Part shown: positions 50,888 through 60,606 of the stretch, piece by piece | How the letters are laid out: the number at the start of each line of letters is the position of its first letter | How positions within the stretch are numbered: the stretch's first letter is position 1 | From: a virus | Length of the DNA stretch: 64,000 bases | Virus record (IMG/VR): IMGVR_UViG_3300047284_000378 | Reading direction: 5' to 3' (one strand) | Made by a program: the position numbers and the translations under genes | Notes under the pieces: generated by a model | What the model saw: the letters and a program-made list of their open reading frames with translations, nothing else | Told to the model about the DNA's origin: nothing | Databases searched by the model: none

Positions 50888-50998
50888 GTGGTCGTGAGTG
50901 GAACATGGAAGACCTCCGGTCCGTTGCGAAACGCACTAGGGAATAGGGCGCCGTCTTAGACACAGCCTTTGTAGGTTCGAATCCTACCGACCACACCA
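50888..50998 (+). tRNA. tRNA-Leu(TAG) with ~35-nt insertion between D- and anticodon arms
   Basis: GTGGTCG/CGACCAC acceptor, GCCGT-CTTAGAC-ACAGC, GTAGG-TTCGAAT-CCTAC, ACCA; 111 nt. Confidence 0.7.
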
Positions 50999-51043
50999 GA
51001 TTCTATGATAAGTAGAATACTACTAACAAAGAGGAAACATTAT

Positions 51044-51247
51044 ATGTCAAACACAGTAGAACAACTTAAAGCACAATTTGAAGAATTCCTAGCAGAAGAT
51101 GCTAAATTTTCAGGCGGAAATTCTGCAGCAGGTACTCGTGCTCGTAAAGCACTTCAGGAAGTCGCCAAGTTAGTCAAGGCACGTCGTAACGAAATCACAG
51201 AAGAAAAGAACGCTCGTAAAGAAGCCAAAGCCGCAGCAAAGGCCTAA
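51044..51247 (+). CDS. Histone H1-like (Hc1-family) small protein
   Basis: KF--GNSAAGTRARKALQE--KL-K--R. Confidence 0.75.
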   Translation: MSNTVEQLKAQFEEFLAEDAKFSGGNSAAGTRARKALQEVAKLVKARRNEITEEKNARKEAKAAAKA

Positions 51248-51248
51248 T

Positions 51249-51746
51249 ATGGACGATAAGGATACCTATATCCTTAGCGGCAGCGGAACTGACAGCATCA
51301 CAGTCACAGATACAGTAACCCTGGATCTTGACTTTGGTGCTGCTCAACCTGCATTGACCTCGACGGACATACAAACTATCACACTCGATGATCTGATCAC
51401 AACATCTACTATTACTTTTCCCCAAGCATCTTATTCTATCAGCGGTACTAGCATTAACAATAGTGTATATACTACAGGTACATCGGGATATACCTGGACA
51501 CAGCCCTATACTCCTACTGTTAATATTGGAAATAACGGTATTGACATGGCCGCTGGCACTGACATCAAGATCGACGGTAAGAGTCTTAAAGAGTTTATGA
51601 CAAAAATGGAACAACGATTATCTATTCTTGTTCCTGATCCCGAAAAATTAGAAAAGTTTGAAGCTCTTAAGAAAGCCTATGAGCATTACAAAACCATGGA
51701 AGCCTTATGCTTCCCTGAAGAGAAAGACAAAAAGAATGAATGTTAA
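51249..51746 (+). CDS. Hypothetical protein
   Basis: Thr-rich N-half; IKIDGKSL---M-K-EQRL-IL. Confidence 0.65.
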   Translation: MDDKDTYILSGSGTDSITVTDTVTLDLDFGAAQPALTSTDIQTITLDDLITTSTITFPQASYSISGTSINNSVYTTGTSGYTWTQPYTPTVNIGNNGIDMAAGTDIKIDGKSLKEFMTKMEQRLSILVPDPEKLEKFEALKKAYEHYKTMEALCFPEEKDKKNEC

Positions 51747-52407
51747 ACTCGTATCCTATTCACAACCAACAGGCGAATTTAGAGATATGGGCATCTCAGA
51801 TGCGCAGGAACTCATTGCGTATTGCGCCCGTGTGTCCAATCCATCCAACCAACTCAATACAGAGACATCAGAGAAGCTTATACGATATCTTGTTAAACAC
51901 GCACACTGGAGTCCCTTGGAGATGGTTTCAGCCTGCGTCGAAATCACCACAACCAGAGATATCGCAAGACAGATCTTACGTCATAGAAGTTTCTCCTTTC
52001 AAGAGTTCAGTCAGCGATATGCTGACCCTACTAAAGACCTCTCGTTCGTACTTCGAGAAGCACGACTTCAAGACCCAAAGAATAGACAGAACAGCGTCGA
52101 AACAGATGACGAACGCCTACAAAGAGAATGGGAACTTAGGCAAAACAATGTCATCACCGAAGCCAGACTGGCCTATGAATGGGCTATCTCTAAGGGCATA
52201 GCTAAAGAACAGGCTCGTGCAGTTCTTCCAGAGGGATTGATAGAAAGTAAACTGTATATGAACGGCACACTGCGTTCATGGGTACACTTTATCGAACTAC
52301 GCTCGGCAAATGGCACACAAAAAGAACATCAGCTAGTAGCACTGGCCTGCGCCAAAGCCATCGCCGCTATCTTTCCTATGACTGAAAGTCTAATTCAAAA
52401 TGGATGA
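51736..52407 (+). CDS. thyX: FAD-dependent thymidylate synthase
   Basis: HWSPLE, RQILRHRSFSFQEFSQRY, EQARAVLP. Confidence 0.95.
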   Translation: MNVKLVSYSQPTGEFRDMGISDAQELIAYCARVSNPSNQLNTETSEKLIRYLVKHAHWSPLEMVSACVEITTTRDIARQILRHRSFSFQEFSQRYADPTKDLSFVLREARLQDPKNRQNSVETDDERLQREWELRQNNVITEARLAYEWAISKGIAKEQARAVLPEGLIESKLYMNGTLRSWVHFIELRSANGTQKEHQLVALACAKAIAAIFPMTESLIQNG

Positions 52408-52783
52408 AGAACTCAAAGATTTCTGTAAGAATTATGAAGTCCGTATCCTAAACGATCAAAAGTATAGGGCACGATATCATCCTCCTAAATTTTTTACAAT
52501 CCCCGAACGTGCTGACATCATTCGCAATGATATTGTTGAGTTTGAACGAGAAAGAGTATTCACTTTAGAAATACCCGAAGGTAGAATGCGATCATTGATA
52601 GAAATGGAACGACGTTTTTACAAATGGCAGCGCCATAGTCCGGGCGAGATTGATATGTTCGAAACTCTAATGAACAAAGAGCGGGAAGAAGCATACTATC
52701 GTAATACCAGTCCTGCTGTCCAAAAAGCCTACGAGCAATACTCGATCATGCTCAATCTAGCTGGTTACCAAAAGAAATTTTGA
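52400..52783 (+). CDS. Hypothetical phage protein
   Basis: ORF track; NPAVQKAYEQY-like tail. Confidence 0.65.
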   Translation: MDEELKDFCKNYEVRILNDQKYRARYHPPKFFTIPERADIIRNDIVEFERERVFTLEIPEGRMRSLIEMERRFYKWQRHSPGEIDMFETLMNKEREEAYYRNTSPAVQKAYEQYSIMLNLAGYQKKF

Positions 52784-52800
52784 TTCGAAATTGATATATC

Positions 52801-52829
52801 TTGACAGGTTTTTAGAAATCTCGTATAAT
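52801..52829 (+). promoter_or_regulatory. sigma70-type promoter
   Basis: TTGACA-17-TATAAT. Confidence 0.85.
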
Positions 52830-52856
52830 TAATGTGTTCGACAGAAAGAAAATCAT

Positions 52857-53672
52857 ATGAGAAATTATTGGACTTGCTCAAAATTCGCAGATTGGATCCG
52901 CGGCACTACTAAACTGAAGTGTGGTACTGGCAAAGAATGGCGTGAATGGGAAGAGGCCGCTAAGGCCAAATACCCAATCCGCTGGTGGCTGGCTGAAGAA
53001 GGTTTGGACAAAATTCAAGATGTTTGGTGCTATATTCCAGAAAGGATCAACGATGTTCGCTACTATATCAACAATCGTTGGGTTACCCGTACTCATGCTC
53101 TTACTGCCCATCCTAGGGACATTCCTCGTGGCCAATGGCGTGATGTAGGAAATCGTTTTCTTCCTTGTCTTTTTAATGAGCTTGTGGATTTCATCGAAAT
53201 AGAACAAGCATGGCATCACTGTCTTTGGGATAACGAAGCCCGTAAAAAATACAACTATCCTTGGTGGCGCCGCTGGTATCGCCAATGGCGTTGCCCAGAA
53301 GCAGGTATTGCCTACCTTAATTGGGCAATGACCTTGACCAACGAAGAGTTTTTAGACGAGGGCGAGAAGCACAAAGCAGAACCTACATATCAAGCCAAAG
53401 CTGCTCGTGAAATGTTAGAACTCTATACGTGGTGGAAGGAAGTCTATCCAAATCGTCCCGATGTACACGATGCTAGTGGTTGGACTGCCTACTGTGAAAT
53501 GCGCAGAGAAAAAGGCTACAAGTTCTTTGACATGGAAGATAAGACTCCTGAAGAAGCAGAACAGTGCCGTACTGCTCTAGATAAAAGCCACGAAATCGAA
53601 AAGGCCTATAATGACGAAGACGAAGCTATGATGATTCGTCTAATTAAAATCCGAGAGAGTCTATGGACCTAA
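52857..53672 (+). CDS. Hypothetical Trp-rich phage protein
   Basis: 271-aa ORF after promoter. Confidence 0.7.
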   Translation: MRNYWTCSKFADWIRGTTKLKCGTGKEWREWEEAAKAKYPIRWWLAEEGLDKIQDVWCYIPERINDVRYYINNRWVTRTHALTAHPRDIPRGQWRDVGNRFLPCLFNELVDFIEIEQAWHHCLWDNEARKKYNYPWWRRWYRQWRCPEAGIAYLNWAMTLTNEEFLDEGEKHKAEPTYQAKAAREMLELYTWWKEVYPNRPDVHDASGWTAYCEMRREKGYKFFDMEDKTPEEAEQCRTALDKSHEIEKAYNDEDEAMMIRLIKIRESLWT

Positions 53673-53884
53673 CCGAAAAAACCGGTAACAGTGTAGAAGA
53701 TCTTTACTCTAAATATCTGCAATTTACAGGAATCATGCTAGAAGATTATGATGCTATGGAGGTAGCTGCCATCATGGCTGCACAGGCATTAAGCCTTTAT
53801 AAGACCTGCATGAGCGAAGAAGATTATCAAAAAATGGTAGAAAGTATCTACGATAATAGAAACGAGGTAAAAACTTTTGGATAA
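53663..53884 (+). CDS. Hypothetical protein
   Basis: ORF track. Confidence 0.6.
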   Translation: MDLTEKTGNSVEDLYSKYLQFTGIMLEDYDAMEVAAIMAAQALSLYKTCMSEEDYQKMVESIYDNRNEVKTFG

Positions 53885-54281
53885 AATGAAATCACAAACT
53901 CCGGCAGAAGGTATTTTGAAAAAGGACGACTGGGGTGACGCTAAGACATATCATGTGGTCTGCGACTGCGGTGCCGATGATCACACTCATAATCTTTGGG
54001 TAGAAGCGGACGATTTGGGTATCACTGTGACCATTTATGCAACTGTTAAAAGTCCTTGGTGGTCTATGAATCGTTGGAAACAGATCTGGACTCTGATCAC
54101 CAAAGGTTATCTCGAACATCAAACAGTACTAACAATCAATCAACAGTCTGCACTCAATTATGCAGAAACTCTTAAAACCGCAATCAAAGACGTAGAAATT
54201 TTTAGACAACAAAGATTATCTAAAAAAGATATTGCCAACCAGGTAGCCGCAAAATTAGCTCAACAATCTGACTGTGTATGA
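53877..54281 (+). CDS. Hypothetical protein
   Basis: ORF track. Confidence 0.6.
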   Translation: MDKMKSQTPAEGILKKDDWGDAKTYHVVCDCGADDHTHNLWVEADDLGITVTIYATVKSPWWSMNRWKQIWTLITKGYLEHQTVLTINQQSALNYAETLKTAIKDVEIFRQQRLSKKDIANQVAAKLAQQSDCV

Positions 54282-54823
54282 CTAAAGTTTCAAAAAGCCC
54301 CCAAAGGCATACTTTCCAAAAAGAAGGTTATGTCAAGCGTCAGGCTGAAAAAGGCGAACCCGTCAACGAGGATTATCTAGATTTTTTTGAGAGCTCTCTC
54401 AACCAATATGATGCTAGATTTGACGATCCTCAAAAGCGCATCAACAATATGGAGTACGATCTCCTAACCACCGATTGGATCTTGGAGAAAGTTCGTACCG
54501 ATAATTACTATGCCCAAAATTTATATGCGGCTATGTGCAATAACGGATTTATTAAATTGGAAGTCATTCCTGTGCTCAAAGGTGAGGAATGGGGTTGCAG
54601 TTGGCGCTATGCCGGCGGCATAATTGCAGACATGCAACAACAGGGAGATTACATCGATTGGTATTGTTCGGGTATTCGAAACGATGGTTATCATAGCGAG
54701 TTAGATACCATATCTCCAGAACGATATGTACCAGAAGGTTGTATTACCGACGAGATCCGGACAGATCTCCAACGTCTCGGTTGGGCAGTGGCGCCTGGTG
54801 GAGATTGGGAAAATTTTAAATAA
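54278..54823 (+). CDS. Hypothetical phage protein
   Basis: YAQNLYAAMCNN...SWRYAGGIIA...YIDWYCSG. Confidence 0.7.
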   Translation: MTKVSKSPQRHTFQKEGYVKRQAEKGEPVNEDYLDFFESSLNQYDARFDDPQKRINNMEYDLLTTDWILEKVRTDNYYAQNLYAAMCNNGFIKLEVIPVLKGEEWGCSWRYAGGIIADMQQQGDYIDWYCSGIRNDGYHSELDTISPERYVPEGCITDEIRTDLQRLGWAVAPGGDWENFK

Positions 54824-54848
54824 CCTGATAGGAGAAAAGTAAAACAAA

Positions 54849-55040
54849 ATGACCTGGGAACTTTATGAGGTCTGGTCCGAAGATTCTGAGGGCCATGAAG
54901 AGCTTATTGATACTACCAAGAGCCGAAAAGAAGCCTTACATTTGGCTAGAAAAGCCCTAAATGAGGGGGCAGATGTAGCCAAAGTCTTTAGAGAGTCCGA
55001 CGACGGCGACTACGAAGAAATTGAACGGTTGACATCATGA
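54849..55040 (+). CDS. Hypothetical acidic protein
   Basis: RBS AGGAG. Confidence 0.6.
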   Translation: MTWELYEVWSEDSEGHEELIDTTKSRKEALHLARKALNEGADVAKVFRESDDGDYEEIERLTS

Positions 55041-55057
55041 TCATTTGGTGCTATAAT
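55029..55057 (+). promoter_or_regulatory. sigma70-type promoter
   Basis: TTGACA-17-TATAAT with TG extension. Confidence 0.85.
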
Positions 55058-55089
55058 AGATACATACAGTTAATTCATAGGAGCAACTA

Positions 55090-56274
55090 ATGGCTAAGGC
55101 AGCAACCAAAACTCGTGTTACTAAGAAGCATGTAGCCGAGCATCGTTCAGCATCTAAGCGCGATCTAAGTCCGAAATGGGACGGTCAAGAATCGTGGAGT
55201 GCTGATCAGTTCAGTCGCCATTTTAGAATTTCCATGGAATACTACAGGATCGAAAGCAGCGGCAAAGATCTCAAGCCTAAGGTTATCAATTGGATGTCTG
55301 TGAATGGATATACCAAAGATCAAATCAAAGCATTCAAAGACACTAAAGATTTTCGCTGTAATCTAACCATGGGTGCTATCGCTGCTAATTTGCTTCGAGG
55401 TATGCCTCCTGTACGAGCAGACTTCAACGAAGGTCGTAATACCGCAGATTGGTTGGGTCAAGCCATTCGAAAGGTCATCGATGAAGGCAAAGACGACTTT
55501 GAACCCGAAGTTGTTGAAGAAGCTCCAACCGTCCCAGTAATGTCAATCCAGGATCGTGTACGTGAAGCCACTTTTGGAATGACTGAAGAGATCGAAGATA
55601 CACTGGAATCTTTTGTCAAAGATCCCGAATCATTTGATCCTAAAGCGTTCAAGTTGTTAAACCTTCTACGAGGTAAACAGGCCAAAGCCGCTCATGCTCG
55701 TATTATCAAAGACTTCTATCAGCGTCAATACAACGAGTATCTCGAACTGCAAGAAGGCAAGTGCGATCAACTCAAAGAAGCCTACAGTCATTTGACCAAA
55801 GTTCAAGTAAAGAAAATCATTACGTTTTATCAGGAAATCCTTTCAGCCTGCGATATGCTGATGCAGGAAGCTAAGATCAATCGCAAGCCTCGTGCTAAGA
55901 AGTCTAAGCCCGTGGAAAAGATCGTTGAAAAGCTCAAGTATATGAAGCAAGACGACAAGCTCAAGCTAGTCTCTATCAGTCCCGCAGATATCGTAGGTGC
56001 TAAAGAACTGTGGGTTTTCAATGTTAAAACTCGCAAGTTGGGCAAGTATGTGACCGGAGAGTTCAACGAGCTAGGCGTTAAGGGTACCAGTATCACAGGC
56101 TACGATGAGCACAAGAGTGTACAAAAGACCCTGCGTAAGCCCGAAGAGCAGCTCAAAGAGTTCAAGGCTGCGGGCAAAGTGGCTCTGCGCAAGTTCCTCG
56201 AGGACATTAAAGCAGTAGATATCAAGCTCAACGGTCGTATCAACGAAGATACGATACTGCTAAAGGTAGCCTGA
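55090..56274 (+). CDS. Conserved large-phage hypothetical protein
   Basis: RBS AGGAG; 394 aa; SVQKTLRKPEEQL...LNGRINED. Confidence 0.75.
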   Translation: MAKAATKTRVTKKHVAEHRSASKRDLSPKWDGQESWSADQFSRHFRISMEYYRIESSGKDLKPKVINWMSVNGYTKDQIKAFKDTKDFRCNLTMGAIAANLLRGMPPVRADFNEGRNTADWLGQAIRKVIDEGKDDFEPEVVEEAPTVPVMSIQDRVREATFGMTEEIEDTLESFVKDPESFDPKAFKLLNLLRGKQAKAAHARIIKDFYQRQYNEYLELQEGKCDQLKEAYSHLTKVQVKKIITFYQEILSACDMLMQEAKINRKPRAKKSKPVEKIVEKLKYMKQDDKLKLVSISPADIVGAKELWVFNVKTRKLGKYVTGEFNELGVKGTSITGYDEHKSVQKTLRKPEEQLKEFKAAGKVALRKFLEDIKAVDIKLNGRINEDTILLKVA

Positions 56275-56304
56275 TATTTGTTTTAGAGTTTGATAAATAA
56301 TGGT

Positions 56305-57180
56305 ATGAACAATACCAACATAGATCAAACTCTAAACGACCTCAACAAAGTACTCAAAGACCTTGTAGAAGCCGCACACCAACCGGTAGCACAAGAAGTT
56401 ACGCAATTCTTAGAATTCCGTGCTAAAAAAGGTTCAGGCAATTCGGGCAAAGGTATAATCTGGAGTGGTCAGGGTCATACTAAACAGTTCGTTTACAACG
56501 AAGAACCAGATAGATTTTTCTCTTCTGAGTCCATAGAACTAGACAAAGATAAGAACATATCTATAGCGGGCGTCAAAGTTCTAGACAGCAAAGAACTAGG
56601 TTCCGGAATCACAAAAAGTAATCTGCAGACTGTTGGCAGACTAAAAGGTCTGATCGTCGACGGCTCTGTCAACATCAATCAATATCTGATCTATAATGGT
56701 TCTGTTGATCGTCTTGGACTAGGCACCGAAGCTCCTAATGCTGCTCTATCTGTAGCAGAAATGGGCATCGAAGTTATGGTAGGAACCACCGACGACCTTC
56801 AGGGTATGGTAGGTACCTTTGCTTCGACGGATTTTAATATCGTCACTGACAACACTTCTCGTATCGCTGTCAAGGCCAACGGTAATATTGATCTGGGTAA
56901 TCCAAATAGAAATCCCATACAGGTTAAAATAAATGGCAAACTAAGCATCGGCGTGCAAGTGCCAGATCCTGCTGTTGATCTACATGTTGCAGGTCCTGTA
57001 AGATTTAACGGTCACATACAGATGTATGCATCTGCACCGCCACAGAGCGGAACCTATGCTGTAGGAGATATGATCTGGAATGAGTCTCCAAGAGTTGGTG
57101 CAAACATAGGTTGGGTATGTCTAAGAGCAGGCAGTCCGGGTGCATGGTATCCGTTCGGAGAAATCAAAGAGCGAGGCTAA
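56305..57180 (+). CDS. Putative virion/tail protein
   Basis: ATAAATA upstream; beta-rich repeats LGLGTEAP, LSIGVQVP; C-terminal GWVC---G-PG-W-PFG. Confidence 0.65.
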   Translation: MNNTNIDQTLNDLNKVLKDLVEAAHQPVAQEVTQFLEFRAKKGSGNSGKGIIWSGQGHTKQFVYNEEPDRFFSSESIELDKDKNISIAGVKVLDSKELGSGITKSNLQTVGRLKGLIVDGSVNINQYLIYNGSVDRLGLGTEAPNAALSVAEMGIEVMVGTTDDLQGMVGTFASTDFNIVTDNTSRIAVKANGNIDLGNPNRNPIQVKINGKLSIGVQVPDPAVDLHVAGPVRFNGHIQMYASAPPQSGTYAVGDMIWNESPRVGANIGWVCLRAGSPGAWYPFGEIKERG

Positions 57181-57181
57181 A

Positions 57182-57772
57182 TTGTCTGCGCTGGTAATAG
57201 GCAACGGCGAAAGTCGCTCGTCTTTGGATCTAATCGAATTATCTAAAAACAAAATAACGATCGGTTGCAATGCTCTGCACAGAGATTTTGTCACAGATCA
57301 TCTCGTCTGCTGCGATGCTCGCATGGTCAGAGAAGCTCTATCTAATCCCAAAACTTCAAGGTCCAAAATCTACGTTAGAGATTCTTGGTACGCTACCTTT
57401 AGAAAGATACAGAAGAATAAGAACATTTTTCTCTTGCCAGAGCTTCCATATCAAGGAAGCCTAAGACCTGATAATCCCACACATTGGGGTAGTGGCAGCT
57501 ATGCTGTTCTGGTATCTGCATCGCTATGCGAAGATGTTACTCTGATAGGTTTCGATCTCTACGGCAGGCAAGGTCAAGTGAATAACATATATAAAAACAC
57601 AGAAAACTATGCCAAGGAAGAATCAGCTGCTATAGATCATAGCTACTGGGTTTACCAGATATCAAAAGTATTTGACTGTTTCCCAAACACTAGGTTTAAA
57701 ATCTTAAATCATCATTATTGGTGCATGCCCGAAGAATGGCAAAAAAATAATGTTGAATTTGTTGCATTATAA
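57182..57772 (+). CDS. Hypothetical protein with GNGxS motif (glycosyltransferase/MptE-like fold)
   Basis: ALVIGNGESR, IGCNALHRD, LIGFDL. Confidence 0.55.
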   Translation: MSALVIGNGESRSSLDLIELSKNKITIGCNALHRDFVTDHLVCCDARMVREALSNPKTSRSKIYVRDSWYATFRKIQKNKNIFLLPELPYQGSLRPDNPTHWGSGSYAVLVSASLCEDVTLIGFDLYGRQGQVNNIYKNTENYAKEESAAIDHSYWVYQISKVFDCFPNTRFKILNHHYWCMPEEWQKNNVEFVAL

Positions 57773-57790
57773 ATACTCTCACAGTATAAT
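57762..57790 (+). promoter_or_regulatory. Overlapping sigma70 and late promoters
   Basis: TTGCAT-17-TATAAT with TATAAATA inside the spacer. Confidence 0.7.
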
Positions 57791-57811
57791 ATACACTTAC
57801 ACACAGAGCAC

Positions 57812-57859
57812 AGCGGTCTCCAATGGCATTCAACCCGCTATATAAATTCTGCATGTCAT
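57812..57859 (+). promoter_or_regulatory. preQ1-I-like H-type pseudoknot candidate
   Basis: AGCGG/CCGCT stem, A-rich tail, loop ATGGCA pairs with TGTCAT; 5' UTR of queD. Confidence 0.45.
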
Positions 57860-57894
57860 CAAACTTACTCGCTTATTTTTACAGGAGGCAAGAG

Positions 57895-58437
57895 ATGGCG
57901 AAATATTACTCAACAAAAACTTACGGCAACGATAGAGGTCTTAGTTGTTGCTTTAGACAATGGCGTGCCACACACAGCCATTGTTCACTGCTACATGGTT
58001 ACTCAATTGGTATCAAACTTGTGTTCGAATGCGACACACTAGATGAAAAGAATTGGGGCATGGATTTCGGTGGACTAAAAGATTTCAAAGCATGGGCAGA
58101 CTATATGTTTGATCATACCACAGTGATCGCTGAAGATGATCCACTATTACCTAGATTCAAAGAGATGGCCGGCTGGAGCAGTGATCCAGAGCATGATGGA
58201 AATCCGGAACGTGTACAAACTGAACCTTTCCATCGCAAGGGTGTCTGTGATCTACGCATCGTAGAAGGTGTTGGCTGCGAACTGTTTGCTAAGATGTGCT
58301 ATGATAAGATGGATTGGCTGCTGAAGAACGGTAATCACCGTTATCCGCTTAATCCAACTGTGCGTATCAAATCTGCAGAAGTATTTGAACACGCAGGCAA
58401 CTCTGCAATTTATCAAGTGGATTGGAATCTTGATTAA
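57895..58437 (+). CDS. queD: 6-pyruvoyl-tetrahydropterin synthase / QueD
   Basis: SHCSLLHGYS, MDFGGLK, FDHT, EVFEH--NSA. Confidence 0.88.
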   Translation: MAKYYSTKTYGNDRGLSCCFRQWRATHSHCSLLHGYSIGIKLVFECDTLDEKNWGMDFGGLKDFKAWADYMFDHTTVIAEDDPLLPRFKEMAGWSSDPEHDGNPERVQTEPFHRKGVCDLRIVEGVGCELFAKMCYDKMDWLLKNGNHRYPLNPTVRIKSAEVFEHAGNSAIYQVDWNLD

Positions 58438-59122
58438 TGTAATCTGTGTTCGATTAGGTAACAAATACGGCAGAGACTATGTAGAAAAACTACGTAACAT
58501 GGTTTCTAGGCATCTCACTCTGCCGTATCGATTTAATTGTCTCACAGATGATCAGCATCCCATAGACGGTGTCAATATCGTATACCTTCCAAGCCAAGGA
58601 TATAAAAAACTATGGTGGCATAAGGTACATCTGTTTGACCCGTCTCTTAATCTAGAAGGTAGGATACTATACTTCGATCTAGATGTTATCATCCATGATA
58701 ATATCAATAAATTAGTAGAAAACTACAAAGACGAATTCCTAGGCATTAGAGATTTCAATAGAAAATTCAATCCACAATGGAACATGTTGAACAGTTCTGT
58801 CATGAGTTGGAATGCTGGCCGACACCCTGACATTTTTACAGTTTTCAAAGATGATCTTAATAGAGCACAACGACTACACGGAGATCAAGATTGGATATGG
58901 CAGATAGCTAAGAATCGAATTAAATTTTGGCCTGAATTATGGATCCAAAGCTATAAATGGGAAATACGGGATCGAAACGAGCTGGCCTACGAAGGCGGTA
59001 AGAGATTTTTCAAAACAGTGAAGAATGTAAAGATTCCTCAGGACTGTAGTGTCTGTGTATTCCATGGTGATCCAAATCCTCACGATATACAAGATCCTTA
59101 TGTACTTGACAACTGGCGCTAA
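58430..59122 (+). CDS. Putative glycosyltransferase
   Basis: VICVRLGNKY, WWHKVHLF, YFDLDVII (DxD), NSSVM, GDQDWI, VFHGDPNP. Confidence 0.75.
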   Translation: MINVICVRLGNKYGRDYVEKLRNMVSRHLTLPYRFNCLTDDQHPIDGVNIVYLPSQGYKKLWWHKVHLFDPSLNLEGRILYFDLDVIIHDNINKLVENYKDEFLGIRDFNRKFNPQWNMLNSSVMSWNAGRHPDIFTVFKDDLNRAQRLHGDQDWIWQIAKNRIKFWPELWIQSYKWEIRDRNELAYEGGKRFFKTVKNVKIPQDCSVCVFHGDPNPHDIQDPYVLDNWR

Positions 59123-59134
59123 CGATGTTATACT
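59106..59134 (+). promoter_or_regulatory. sigma70-type promoter
   Basis: TTGACA-17-TATACT. Confidence 0.8.
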
Positions 59135-59140
59135 TGTAGT

Positions 59141-59368
59141 ATGAAATTTACTACACATCAAAGTCAAATTCGTACAATCAAACAAGATGATTCTCGTTTT
59201 CGTATTGTTGACAAGTTTACAACCTGTGGTAGAGCAGGTTTTGAAATTTCTCAACAATGTCCTCGAGAATACAAGTTGATTCTCTCTGAATGTATAGATC
59301 GTGGATGGATACAACCTGTGGCATACATGACTGAACGAGAACTTCTTATTTCAGGACTGAGCCGTTGA
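59141..59368 (+). CDS. Hypothetical protein
   Basis: ORF after promoter. Confidence 0.6.
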   Translation: MKFTTHQSQIRTIKQDDSRFRIVDKFTTCGRAGFEISQQCPREYKLILSECIDRGWIQPVAYMTERELLISGLSR

Positions 59369-59369
59369 T

Positions 59370-59555
59370 ATGGACATTCCCTATACTGACCAAGAATGCC
59401 GAGAGAAACTAAAAGACCTTTACGAAGGTCGTACATTGGTTATACCGGCCGACATTGACCATGCTTATCAAATGATGAATCTATCAATGATGTATATCAG
59501 AGACAACCAACAACGAATAATGAGTTATTTAAAACAGGATACTGTAAATGGTTAA
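59370..59555 (+). CDS. Hypothetical protein
   Basis: ORF track. Confidence 0.55.
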   Translation: MDIPYTDQECREKLKDLYEGRTLVIPADIDHAYQMMNLSMMYIRDNQQRIMSYLKQDTVNG

Positions 59556-60606
59556 ACGCATAGGCTTTGCCTGCAAATGGATAGATCATCCTGGCCAGGT
59601 AGATGGTATCAAACCCAAGGATGACTGTAAGAAATATAATACAGGCAGTACCACCGTGGCTTGGTTAAATAGACAAACCAAGGATGTGGCTGTTGAAAAA
59701 CTATGGTCACTGATGCAACAGAATATCGAAGCATCTCGACTCCTTGTAGAACGAGTAGGAGAGTTAGATGAAGATCTTAGAATGGTACGACTCAGCAGCG
59801 ATATCTTGCCTGTGTACACTGAGCCAACTTGGTCTTGGTATTGGCGGACTTCCGATGTCCGAGCCTATTGCGAAAGAGAGTTTAAGCGTATCGGAGATGC
59901 AGCTCGTTCGCAGGGTGTTCGCCTTAGCTTCCATCCTGGTCAGTTTACTGTTCTTGCATCTGATAATGACGATATTGTAAATCGAAGCATTGAAGAATTC
60001 GAGTATCACGTAGACATGGCTCGTTGGATGGGCTATGGACAAACATTCCAAGATTTTAAAATTAACGTACACATCGCAGGTAGACGAGGCCCCGATGGTA
60101 TACGTGCTGTCTTGAACAGATTAACTCCCGAAGCTCGTAACACACTCACAATCGAAAATGAAGAAATTACACACAATCTTGACACCTGTTTGGAACTTGC
60201 CGACGTTGTTCCAATCGTACTTGACATCCATCATCACTGGATCAATAGTGGCGAATATATTAGGCCTAGTGATGACCGTGTTAAAAAGGTTATTGATAGT
60301 TGGCGCGGTGTTCGCCCTACTTGCCATTATAGTGTTTCACGGGAAGAGTATTTTGATGACCATTCCAGATACATCAGCCCCGATCTTCGGACGCTATTAG
60401 AATCCGGTCACAAGAAAGCAAAACTCAGAGCACACTCCGATTACTACTGGAATACCGCAGTTAATGAATGGGCTCTGAGCTTTAGAGAGAACTTCGACAT
60501 CATGTGCGAGAGCAAGGCTAAAAACTTAGCCTCCTTCGCACTTTATGAACAGGCTAAAGGACTTACTCAGCCTTTGGCTTGCGACCGCGAGTCGTTGCTT
60601 TCTTAA
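59548..60606 (+). CDS. uvsE: UV DNA damage endonuclease
   Basis: RIGFACK, RLSSD, RLSFHPGQF, LTIENEE, VLDIHHH, LRAHSD, MCESKAK. Confidence 0.92.
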   Translation: MVKRIGFACKWIDHPGQVDGIKPKDDCKKYNTGSTTVAWLNRQTKDVAVEKLWSLMQQNIEASRLLVERVGELDEDLRMVRLSSDILPVYTEPTWSWYWRTSDVRAYCEREFKRIGDAARSQGVRLSFHPGQFTVLASDNDDIVNRSIEEFEYHVDMARWMGYGQTFQDFKINVHIAGRRGPDGIRAVLNRLTPEARNTLTIENEEITHNLDTCLELADVVPIVLDIHHHWINSGEYIRPSDDRVKKVIDSWRGVRPTCHYSVSREEYFDDHSRYISPDLRTLLESGHKKAKLRAHSDYYWNTAVNEWALSFRENFDIMCESKAKNLASFALYEQAKGLTQPLACDRESLLS

